This document shows positions 19,343 through 28,500 of a DNA stretch of 64,000 nt, one piece after another. The DNA is from Comamonadaceae bacterium (GTDB taxonomy: Bacteria; Pseudomonadota; Gammaproteobacteria; Burkholderiales; Burkholderiaceae_C): NCBI GenBank assembly GCA_027484105.1, contig JAIXUG010000001.1:27599-91598 (forward strand), given 5' to 3'. The position numbers and the translations under genes were made by a program. The first letter of the stretch is position 1; each line of letters starts with the position of its first letter. The notes under the pieces are model-generated. The model ran no database searches and had not been told where the DNA came from. It saw only the letters and a list, made by a program, of their open reading frames with translations.

Positions 19343-19986
19343 GTGTGGCCTTGATCATTCTGAGCAAAGCCCCTGTCGCCGGGCTGGCCAAAACCCGTTT
19401 GATCCCGGCCCTGGGTGCGCAGGGCGCAGCCGACTTGGCTGGGCAGCTCTTGCTGCACGCGGTGCAACAGGCCCTTCAAACCCCGTTTGAGCACCTTGAG
19501 CTGTGCGTCAGCCCGGAAGTCGCTCACCCGGCGTTTGCGCAAGCAAAAGCCCTCGCGCCAGGTCGTTTGCATTGGACGGCGCAAGGCGAGGGTGATCTGG
19601 GTGCGCGCATGCACCGTGCTTTGCTGCGGCGGCTGGTGCATGAGCCATCGGTGTTGCTCATGGGCACGGATGCACCGGGCCTGAGCGCCGACGTGTTGAA
19701 GGCTGCCGCGCGGGCCTTGGACTGCAACGATGCGGTGTTCGTGCCTGCCTGTGATGGAGGGTATGCCTTGGTGGGTTTGCGTCGCCCTTGTCCGGGTTTG
19801 TTTGAAGGCATGGCATGGAGCACCCCGCAGGTCATGGCTGAGACACGCCTTCGGGCCCGAGCGGCCGGCTTGTGCTGGCAAGAGCTCGACCCGGTCTTTG
19901 ACATGGATGAGGCGTCCGATTTGCACCATCTGCCGCCGGATTGGCCCGGCCGAGACCTTTTGTTGAAAGCCCCAGCGACGCCATGA
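19339..19986 (+). CDS. DUF2064 / CofC-like nucleotidyl- or glycosyl-transferase ('transferase 1, rSAM/selenodomain-associated' type)
   Basis: N-terminus 'MSVALIILSKAPVAGLAKTRLIPALG'. There are ATGA overlaps with both neighbouring genes. Confidence 0.8.
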   Translation: MSVALIILSKAPVAGLAKTRLIPALGAQGAADLAGQLLLHAVQQALQTPFEHLELCVSPEVAHPAFAQAKALAPGRLHWTAQGEGDLGARMHRALLRRLVHEPSVLLMGTDAPGLSADVLKAAARALDCNDAVFVPACDGGYALVGLRRPCPGLFEGMAWSTPQVMAETRLRARAAGLCWQELDPVFDMDEASDLHHLPPDWPGRDLLLKAPATP

Positions 19987-20951
19987 ACGTCCCATCCTCT
20001 GCAGGCCGCAGCTGCCCCTTGCATTACCAATACGGCCCCGACGTGTTTTGTTCGGCCCCTGATCCGTGCTTGAGCGATTTGGAGACGCTGTACCTTGTGG
20101 GGGGGCTGTATGGCAACGAACTGGCGCTGCACGAGGTGTTGCGCTTGTTTGCGCAAGAAACCGGACGCAAGCGCCTGGTGTTCAATGGCGACTTCCATTG
20201 GTTCGACACCGACCCGGCCACTTTTGCACGGGTTCAAGCGGCCGTGCTCCAGCATGTGGCTTTGCGGGGCAACGTCGAAACCGAATTGGCCGACAGCCAG
20301 CCCGACCCCGATGCGGGTTGCGGCTGCGCCTACCCCGACTGGGTGGGGCAGGAGGTGGTGTCGCGCTCCAACCGCATCCTGCAGCAATTGCGCACCGCCA
20401 CCACGCCGCAGCAGCGCCAGCAACTGGCGGCCTTGCCCATGTGGCGGGTGGCGCAAGTGGGCCGCATGCGTGTGGGTGTGGTGCATGGCGATGCCCAGTC
20501 CTTGGCGGGCTGGGGCTTTGCCCAGGAACACTTGCGCCAGCCCGAGCAACGTGAGCAGGTCAGGCGCTGGTTTGAACGGGCGCAAGTCCAGGCCTTTGCC
20601 AGCTCTCACACCTGCTTGCCGGTGTTCCAGCAAGTGAAGGTGCCCGGGCAGACCCAACCCGCATGGGTGCTCAACAACGGCGCTGCGGGCATGCCCAACT
20701 TTCAGGGCGATCTGTCGGGTTTGTTCACACGCATTTCGGTCCTGCCTTTTGAGGGGCCGCAACAAAGGTGCAGCGTGCAAGCCCACGGGCTGCACTTGCA
20801 AGCCATCGCCATCGAAACCTCTGCCGAGCAAGTGCAGCAGCGCTTTTTGCAGCAGTGGCCCGAAGGTTCCGACGCACACGCGTCTTATTTTTCGCGCATC
20901 GCGGCAGGCCCTGCTTACCGCGAAGCCGATGTCATTCGCTGGGAGACCTGA
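19983..20951 (+). CDS. Calcineurin-like metallophosphoesterase-fold protein with degenerate metal-binding motifs
   Basis: Motif series 'LVGGLYGN' (in place of DxHG), 'FNGDFHWFD', 'LRGNVE' (in place of GNHE), 'VVHGD' and 'SSHTC'. It is translationally coupled to its neighbours. Confidence 0.6.
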   Translation: MNVPSSAGRSCPLHYQYGPDVFCSAPDPCLSDLETLYLVGGLYGNELALHEVLRLFAQETGRKRLVFNGDFHWFDTDPATFARVQAAVLQHVALRGNVETELADSQPDPDAGCGCAYPDWVGQEVVSRSNRILQQLRTATTPQQRQQLAALPMWRVAQVGRMRVGVVHGDAQSLAGWGFAQEHLRQPEQREQVRRWFERAQVQAFASSHTCLPVFQQVKVPGQTQPAWVLNNGAAGMPNFQGDLSGLFTRISVLPFEGPQQRCSVQAHGLHLQAIAIETSAEQVQQRFLQQWPEGSDAHASYFSRIAAGPAYREADVIRWET

Positions 20952-20953
20952 CC

Positions 20954-21799
20954 ATGTTGGCCATCATCGGAGGCACGGGCCTTTATGAACTGCCGGGCTT
21001 GCGCATCACGCAACGCCTGAACGACGGTACGCCCTTTGGCCAAGCCTCGGGCGAAGTGCTGCGCGGTCAGTACCACGACCAAGAGGTGCTGTTTTTGGCG
21101 CGCCACGGCAGCGGCCACCGCCTCCTGCCGCACGAGGTGAATTACCGCGCCAACATCTTCGCCCTCAAGCAAGCCGGGGCCACGCAGTTGCTCGGCTTTT
21201 CGGCGGTGGGCAGCCTGAGTCTGGAGGTCAAACCCGGCGACATGGCCATGCCCGAGCAGTACTTTGACTGGACACGGGGCCAACGCGAGCGCACTTTTTT
21301 TGGGCAAGGCGTGGCCGCCCACGTGTCCACCGCCAAGCCCGTCAGTGCGGGCCTGGTGGATGCGGTCTCCAATGCCGCGCAGCGCTGCGGCCTGTCGGTG
21401 CACCGCGGCCTGACCTATGCCTGCGTAGAAGGACCGCGCCTGGGCACGCAGGCCGAGAGCCATTTCTTGCGGCAAGCCGGTTGCCACCTGGTGGGCATGA
21501 CCAATGTGCCCGAGGTCTTCTTGGCCCGCGAAGCCCAGATGGCCTATGCCACCGTGGGCCTGGTCACCGACTACGACTGCTGGTTGGACGACCCGGCGCA
21601 GCACGTCAGCGTGTCCGGCATTTTTGAGCTCTATGGCAAAACCCTGGCCAAGGCCGGGCAGGTGCTCGACGCTTTGCTGTCCGCCCCTTTGCCAGCGCCG
21701 GATGCGGACAGCCGACAAGCCTTGGCCAGTGCCATGCTCACGCCCGATGCCGCTTTGTCTCCCGAGCAGGCGCAGTGGCTGGCGGTTTTGCGGCGCTGA
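20954..21799 (+). CDS. MTAP-family 5'-deoxy-5'-substituted-adenosine/inosine phosphorylase
   Basis: 'MLAIIGGTGLYELPG', 'FLARHG.GH', 'GMTNVPEVFLAREA', 'TDYDCW'. The start lies 2 nt after the upstream stop. Confidence 0.85.
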   Translation: MLAIIGGTGLYELPGLRITQRLNDGTPFGQASGEVLRGQYHDQEVLFLARHGSGHRLLPHEVNYRANIFALKQAGATQLLGFSAVGSLSLEVKPGDMAMPEQYFDWTRGQRERTFFGQGVAAHVSTAKPVSAGLVDAVSNAAQRCGLSVHRGLTYACVEGPRLGTQAESHFLRQAGCHLVGMTNVPEVFLAREAQMAYATVGLVTDYDCWLDDPAQHVSVSGIFELYGKTLAKAGQVLDALLSAPLPAPDADSRQALASAMLTPDAALSPEQAQWLAVLRR

Positions 21800-21803
21800 G
21801 TCC

Positions 21804-22778
21804 TCAAGAGTCGATGAGGTCTTGCACCCAGCGGTGCAGGGCGGCGCGCTCGGCCTGTGGTTCAAACAAGGGCGCGCGCAAAGCGCATTGGTTTTCAAGC
21901 TGTGCCATCAGCGCCGGGCCGCCAGCCGCGTCGCGGCAAGCCAGCAGCCGTGCGGCCAGGCCCTGCGCGTCTCCAGGCTCGAACACGCCGGTGTAATCCT
22001 CGCCCAGCAGGCCCATGTTGCCGTCGATGCGCGAGACCAGCACGGGGGTGCCGCTGCAAATGGCTTCCATCAGCACATGCGCGCCGCCCTCCATGCGGCT
22101 GGTGTGCACCAGCAAGTGGGCGCGCTGGATGCGCTGCAGGGTTTGGCGGTGCGGCAAGGCACCCAGCCAGCGGTAATGCGGGCATTGCGCTTGTGTGGCT
22201 TGCGCGGCTTGGCCCAGCGCGGCATCAAGAGGCGCGCCGATGTGGTCGATCAGGATGCCGCTGTCCGCAGGCAACAAGCGGGCGGCAGCCATCAGGGTCA
22301 GGGGGTCTTTTTCGTCACGCAAGTGGCCCACCATCACCACGCGCAGGTGGCGTGCAGTTTTGGTCAGGTGTTGGCGGGTCAGCGTGGATTGGTAGATCAC
22401 GCGGGCCTTGGCTTGGAGCGCTGGGGACAGTTGGTGAAGGCCCAGCCCTTGCAGCACCACCAGCGATGAGGCCAGTTGCAAGGATTGCTGGGCCATCGCG
22501 TCATGGGCAATGTCGCGGTACAGGTCGGTACCCGTGAGGACCAAGCCCAAGCCGTGTCCACCGTGTTGTTTGTGCCAAGCCAATACGGCGTCTGCCGAGC
22601 GACGGGCATGCAAGGCCAACATCACCTCGTCGGCTTGCGCCAGGGCATCGGGCCATTGCTGCACGATGCGCACACGGTGTGGCCACAGCAGGCGCTGCCA
22701 GCGACGTGCCGTTTGCCAATTGCCATTGTTGGCGGCGGCCAAGGCAGGGCTGACAATCACAATGCGCAGAGATTTCAT
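21804..22778 (-). CDS. senB: GT-B glycosyltransferase, SenB-like selenosugar synthase (TIGR04348-type)
   Basis: 'MKSLRIVIVSPALAAANNGNWQTARRW...' followed by the second Rossmann half 'LRVVMVGHLRDEKDP'. The family call is from memory of SenB/TIGR04348. The selD context supports it. Confidence 0.7.
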   Translation of the reverse strand: MKSLRIVIVSPALAAANNGNWQTARRWQRLLWPHRVRIVQQWPDALAQADEVMLALHARRSADAVLAWHKQHGGHGLGLVLTGTDLYRDIAHDAMAQQSLQLASSLVVLQGLGLHQLSPALQAKARVIYQSTLTRQHLTKTARHLRVVMVGHLRDEKDPLTLMAAARLLPADSGILIDHIGAPLDAALGQAAQATQAQCPHYRWLGALPHRQTLQRIQRAHLLVHTSRMEGGAHVLMEAICSGTPVLVSRIDGNMGLLGEDYTGVFEPGDAQGLAARLLACRDAAGGPALMAQLENQCALRAPLFEPQAERAALHRWVQDLIDS

Positions 22779-22952
22779 GAGGGTTTTATAACCGAGCACC
22801 CGGATCCGCAGTGTGGACCAGTGGCATTGAAAACCCCTTGTGCAGCAAGATCAATTTCATACTTTGTAAGCAGGAATGGACCAAAGATGCATCATCTGCA
22901 CTGCGATGGTTCGGCAATCAATTCCCCTTTTTAAATTCGGATAAAACTGATT

Positions 22953-22969
22953 GAATGAATTTTTCATTC
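22953..22969. promoter_or_regulatory. 17-bp palindrome in the senB / RND divergent intergenic region
   Basis: 'GAATGAA-TTT-TTCATTC', followed ~10 nt later by a -10-like 'TAGAAT'. The surrounding region is AT-rich. Confidence 0.4.
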
Positions 22970-23025
22970 TGCTTTTTGTAGAATATCGACCTTCCATGCG
23001 ACTCACATATACCCAGGACCATCCC

Positions 23026-24381
23026 ATGATCCGTCACGCGGTCGTCAGCGGCCCATCGCGCCTCAAGGCGTCAAGTTCCAGCTTGGCAGCACTTTGTGTG
23101 CTGAGCGCTTTGTTGTGGACCCTCCCCTTGTCCGGCTTCGCGGCCAATGCGCCGGTGCCGCAGGCTTTCGGCCAGGGCGTCACGCCAGCAGGCGATGTCC
23201 AGGAGTTCGACACGGCCCGTCTCGAAGCTTTGGTGCTGCAATTTAACCCCTTGCTCAAGGCCACTGCGCAATCTGTGGACGCCGCACGGGCTTCAGTGAC
23301 TTCTGCAGGGGCTTTGCTGAACCCTCGGGTGGACTGGTCCAGGGGCCCATGGCAGCCGCAGGGGGCCAGCTCTGCCTCCAGTCAAAGCTGGACTTTGACC
23401 CAGCCGATTGAAAACCCCCTAATTCGCCGCGCGCGCATCGACAGTGCCCAAGCGGGTCAAAAAAGCGCCGAGCAGCAATTGGCCACGGTGCGCAACGACC
23501 TGTTGGCGCAACTGCGGATGCGGATTTTTGAAGCCCTGCTGCATCAGGGTGAAGCCGAGGCCGCTGCCGAGTCGCTCACCTTGCTGGAGCAAGTGCAGCA
23601 AAGGGTTCGCGTGCGCGTGACCAGCGGAGAAGCCGCACGCTACGAGCTGATCAAGGCCGATGCCGAAGTCATCAACGCCCGCGAGCGCCAGCAAACCGCC
23701 GCCTTGCGTGCAGACAAAACGCTGCTCGAAATCAACCGGCTGGCAGCAGGCCAGTTGCCCGCCCGCTGGACGCTCAAGCCGCCGACCGCCGCCGAGCGGT
23801 CCATGACGCTGACGCTTGAGCAGCTGCAGGCCAGTGCCAGCCAGTTCAACCCGGAAATTCTCATACTCAAGCATGAGTTTGACCGAGCTCAGTCCCGATT
23901 GGCGGCCGTGCGCGCCAGTGTGTTGCCGTCGGTCGATTTGCGTTATTCCCAGATGACGGACCCCCAGGTTCGCCAATCGCAGTGGGGTATCGGCGTGCAA
24001 ATCCCCTTGCTGGACCAGCGCAGCGGCCCCATTGCCGAGGCGGTGGCCGAACTTGAGAGGGCCCGCACACGTTACGAAGGACGGCAAGCCGAAATGAACC
24101 AGCAGGTGTTGTTGGCCTGGCGGTCCCTGGAAATGTCGCGCTTGCGGGTAGACGCCCTGAGCCAGGGTGTGGTCCGCGAAGCCGAATCGGCATTGCGCGT
24201 GGCCGAGGCGGCTTACCGCTTTGGCGAGCGAGGCATTCTGGATGTGCTGGATGCACAGCGGGTTTTGCGCAGCGTTCGCGCCGACCTCTTGCAGGCCCGT
24301 TACCAGCTGCAGGTGGCCCGCATCACCCTCATTCAGCTCAGTGGCCGTTACGCTTCAGATTCCAACCTTTCCCAAAAATGA
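23026..24381 (+). CDS. TolC-family outer-membrane efflux protein
   Basis: Signal peptide 'LAALCVLSALLWTLPLSGFAA'. It has two OEP-type repeats and is the first gene of an RND operon. The start is uncertain (22951, 22996 or 23026). Confidence 0.8.
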   Translation: MIRHAVVSGPSRLKASSSSLAALCVLSALLWTLPLSGFAANAPVPQAFGQGVTPAGDVQEFDTARLEALVLQFNPLLKATAQSVDAARASVTSAGALLNPRVDWSRGPWQPQGASSASSQSWTLTQPIENPLIRRARIDSAQAGQKSAEQQLATVRNDLLAQLRMRIFEALLHQGEAEAAAESLTLLEQVQQRVRVRVTSGEAARYELIKADAEVINARERQQTAALRADKTLLEINRLAAGQLPARWTLKPPTAAERSMTLTLEQLQASASQFNPEILILKHEFDRAQSRLAAVRASVLPSVDLRYSQMTDPQVRQSQWGIGVQIPLLDQRSGPIAEAVAELERARTRYEGRQAEMNQQVLLAWRSLEMSRLRVDALSQGVVREAESALRVAEAAYRFGERGILDVLDAQRVLRSVRADLLQARYQLQVARITLIQLSGRYASDSNLSQK

Positions 24382-25562
24382 ACCCCATGCACTCCCTGAT
24401 CAAGCGCCCCCTGCGTTCACGCGCATTGTTGCTGACCACCCTCGTTGGTGCCTTGGTGCTGGTGGGCTGCGGCCAGCAGTCTGCGCCTGTCGCCACACCA
24501 GCGGCCAAACCTGCCACAGACCCCTTGCAAATCAAGGTTGAGCCTTCCATGGCCAGCCGGTTCAAGGTGGGCGATGTGGCGATGAGCAACATCGTTCCCA
24601 TCAAAGAGGTCCCCGGACGCATTGAGGCCAATGAACGGCAGGTGACCCGCATTGGGGCTTCGGTCACCGGTCGCGTGACCGAATTGCTGGTGGAGGTGGG
24701 TGATCGCATCCGTGTCGGGCAGCCTTTGGCACGTTTTGCCAGCCCTGAATTGACCCAAGCCCAAATGGCATTCTTGCGGGCCCACTCCAACGCGGGATTG
24801 GCCGAGCGGGCGGTCGACCGTGCGCGACAGCTCTTTCAGGCGGATGTGATTGGTGCTGCAGAACTGCAGCGCCGTGAGTCCGAACTGTCCGTGGCCCGTG
24901 CAGAATTGCGCGCTTTGGGCGATCAGCTCAAGCTTCTGGGCATTTCGGGGGCTCCCTTGGAGGCGCTGCGCGACCAAGGCGCCTTGCAATCCCATGCGCC
25001 CATTTTGGCCACTCAATCAGGCGTCTTGCTTGAGCGCAAAATCAGCAATGGCCAGGTGGTGCAACCCGGTGATCACCTTTTTACAGTGGCCGATCTGGGC
25101 AATGTCTGGGTGGGTGGCGCTTTGCCGGAGCAAACCGCTCGCGCCGTGCGCATGGGTCAACAGGTGGACATCGAAGTGCCTGCCTTGGGCAATCGGCAAT
25201 TGTCAGGCCGGATCATTTATGTGGGCGACGCGGTATCGCCCGAGACACGCACCGTTCCGTTTCGCACCCAGGTGGACAACCTGAACCGCGATTTAAAACC
25301 CCAAATGCTGGCCACCATGCGCATCCGTGGTGAAGCCACCAGCGAATTGGTGGTGCCCAATGACGCCGTCATCCGTGAAAGCGACCGTGACCATGTGTAC
25401 CTCAAGGTGGCAGAGGGCACCTACCGCTTCACGCCGGTCGAACTGGCCCCGGCCCACAACGATTTGCGGCCTGTGATCAAGGGACTGAAGTTGGGCGACC
25501 AAGTGGTCATTGATGGCGCGTTCCATCTGCACAACGAGCGCAAGCGCGCCGAACTTCAGTAA
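24378..25562 (+). CDS. Efflux RND periplasmic adaptor (membrane fusion) lipoprotein
   Basis: Lipobox 'LVLVGC', HlyD-like hairpin and barrel regions, and an ATGA overlap with the upstream gene. Confidence 0.85.
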   Translation: MNPMHSLIKRPLRSRALLLTTLVGALVLVGCGQQSAPVATPAAKPATDPLQIKVEPSMASRFKVGDVAMSNIVPIKEVPGRIEANERQVTRIGASVTGRVTELLVEVGDRIRVGQPLARFASPELTQAQMAFLRAHSNAGLAERAVDRARQLFQADVIGAAELQRRESELSVARAELRALGDQLKLLGISGAPLEALRDQGALQSHAPILATQSGVLLERKISNGQVVQPGDHLFTVADLGNVWVGGALPEQTARAVRMGQQVDIEVPALGNRQLSGRIIYVGDAVSPETRTVPFRTQVDNLNRDLKPQMLATMRIRGEATSELVVPNDAVIRESDRDHVYLKVAEGTYRFTPVELAPAHNDLRPVIKGLKLGDQVVIDGAFHLHNERKRAELQ

Positions 25563-25574
25563 CAAGGACTCACC

Positions 25575-28500
25575 ATGCTGAAGTCATTGATCCGTGCCGC
25601 CTTGTCCCAGCGCTTGCTGGTGCTGGTGGTGGCGATTGTTTTGCTGGGTTTTGGCGGTCGCGCCGCCATGCGCCTGTCTGTCGATGCGTTTCCCGATGTG
25701 ACCAATGTGCAGGTCCAAGTGGCCACCGAGGTGCCTGGCCGTTCGCCCGAAGAGGTCGAGCGTTTTGTCACCATGCCGCTCGAAGTGGCCATGACCGGTT
25801 TGCCGGGCCTGACCGAAATGCGTGCGCTCAACCGTGCAGGTTTGTCCTTGGTCACCTTGGTGTTCACCGACAAAACCGACGTTTATTTCGCGCGCCAATT
25901 GGTGATGGAGCGTTTGCTCGAAGTCACCCCCCGCATGCCCGAGGGGGTGGTGCCGGTTTTGGGCCCGGTGTCCACCGGTTTGGGTGAGGTTTACCAATAC
26001 ACCTTGGTGCACCCGGACGATGGCCAGCGCCAACTCTCCGAGAATGAACTGATGGAGCGGCGTGTCATCCAGGACTGGGTGTTGCGCCCCATGCTGCGCT
26101 CGATTCCGGGTGTGGCCGAGATCAACTCGATGGGTGGTCTGGAGCGCCAATTCCAGGTGTTGGTCAATCCGGACCGTTTGCGGCATTACCGTCTGACCTT
26201 GCGAGAGGTGCTGGAGGCGGTGGAGCGCAACAACGCCAATTCGGGCGGGGGGTTGCTGCGCTCTTCGGCCGAACAGTACCTGATCCGTGGCGTGGGCCTG
26301 ATCCAAACCGCCGACGACATCGGCAACATCATTTTGAAAGAGTCGGGTGATGTGCCGGTGTTCGTGCGCGATGTGGCGCAAGTCCAGGTGGGCGCTGCGG
26401 TGCGGCAGGGTGCGATTGTGCGCAACGGCGAGACCGAAGCGGTGGCCGGCATTGTGATGATGCTGCGCGGCGCCAACGCCAAAGACGTGGTGGGTCGCGT
26501 CAAAAACAAGGTGGAAGAAATCAACCAAAAGGGCTTGCTGCCCGGTGGTTTGCAAATCGAGCCGTTTTATGACCGCACGGAGCTGGTGGACTCGGCCTTG
26601 TGGATGGTGACCAAAGTCCTGCTGGAAGGCATTGTTTTCATCGTCATCATTTTGTTGCTGTTTTTGGGCGATGTGCGCTCCAGTCTGGTGGTGGTGGCCA
26701 CGATCGTCATCACGCCCTTGGTGACCTTCATGATGATGAACCAGTTGGGCTTGTCGGCCAACCTGATGTCGCTGGGGGGTTTGGCCATCGCGATTGGTTT
26801 GATGGTGGACGGCACCGTGGTGGTGGTCGAAAACGTCTTCCACAAATTGGGTCTGGCGGGCCCGGGTCGCGAATCCAAGCTGCGCATCATTTTGGAGGCG
26901 ACCAACGAGATTGCCAAACCCACGGTGTACGGCATGTCCATCATCATTTTGGTGTTCTTGCCCTTGATGACCTTGACCGGCATGGAAGGCAAGATGTTTG
27001 CACCCTTGGCCTTGACCATTGCGATCGCATTGGCGGTTTCTTTGGCGGTGTCACTCTTTTTGTCGCCCGTGCTGTGCAGCTACATCTTGCGGGGCGGCAG
27101 CGAGCACGACACCAAGCCAATCGCCTTCTTGAAACGCCATTACCTGACGGTTCTGCATGTGGCCTTGGGTGCAGAAAAGAAGACGATCGCGATCGCCGTG
27201 GCCTTGTTGGTCGGCTCTTTGTCCTTGTTTCCGCTGCTTGGCAAAAGCTTCATCCCCACCATGAAAGAGGGCAACATCGTTCCTCAATTGATTCGAGTCC
27301 CCAGCATTGCTTTGGAAGAATCGCTCAAGGTGGAATTTGAGGCGATGAAAATCGTTTCGCAAGTGCCAGGCGTCAAGTCGGTGGTGGCCAAACTGGGCCG
27401 TGGCGAATCCTTGGCAGACCCGGTTGGACCCAATGAATCCGATCCGATTGTGGTGATAGACCGCGAAGCCGGTCGCACTCAGACCGAGATCGAAGAAGAC
27501 ATTCGCAAGGCCCTGGCGGTCTTGCCCGGTGTACAGGTCATCATGAACCAGCCCATCGCACAGCGGGTGGACGAAATGGTGACCGGGGTGCGCTCGCAGT
27601 TGGCCATCAAGGTGTTTGGTGACGATCTGGCTGAACTCAAGCGCATCTCCGAAGAGGTCGCGCGCATCACCAGCACCGTGCCCGGCGCCATTGACTTGCG
27701 TGTGGAACGCTTGTCGGGGCAGCAGACCTTGACCATTGAAATCGACCGGCAGTCGATTGCCCGGTATGGCATCAATGTCTCGGATGTCAACGACCTGATC
27801 GAAACCGCTTTTGGCGGCAACGAGGTGGGCCAGTTGTACGAAGGACAAAGGCGATTTGCCATCGTGGTGCGTTACCCGAACGAGTACCGCAATTCGATCC
27901 AGACGATTCGCAACACCACCTTGAAAACCAGCGACGGCACCTTGGTGCCCTTGTCGGCCGTGGCTAGCATCGAATTGCTGGACAGTCCTCCCACCATCAG
28001 CCGTGAGTTTGGCAAACGCCGTGTGGTGGTGGGTGCCAACGTCAGCGGTCGTGACTTGGGTGGCTTTGTGCAAGAGGTGCAGCGCCGCGTCGATGCCGAG
28101 TTGATCTTGCCCGATGGTTATTACCTGTCGTGGGGCGGGCAGTTTGAGAACATGGAGCGCGCCATGGCCACCTTGACGATCATTGTGCCGCTCACCATTG
28201 CTGCGATCTTCTTCCTGCTGTTCATGCTGTTCAATTCGGTGCGCTTGGCCTCATTGATCATCATGGTCCTGCCCTTCGCCTCGATTGGTGGTGTCATCGC
28301 CTTGTTTGTTTCGGGCGAATACATCAGCGTGCCGGCATCGGTGGGCTTCATTGCCTTGTGGGGCATTGCGGTGCTCAATGGCGTGGTGCTCGTCAGCTCC
28401 ATCCGCAAACTTCGCGAAGACGGCATGTCGGTCGCAGCGGCCGTGCGTGAGGGCTGTGTGCAGCGCTTCAGGCCCGTGCTCATGACCGCCACGGTGGCCA

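Noticed and set aside
19524-20879. A 451-aa minus-strand ORF across the DUF2064 and metallophosphoesterase-like genes.
   Set aside because: The plus-strand genes show ATGA translational coupling and recognisable motifs. The minus-strand product is Arg/Gly/His/Ala-rich with no motif.
25584-28073. Minus-strand ORFs of 419 aa and 340 aa inside the RND permease gene.
   Set aside because: They are antisense shadows of a 1029-aa gene with an unmistakable RND architecture. Their sequences are low-complexity and His/Gly/Gln/Arg-rich.
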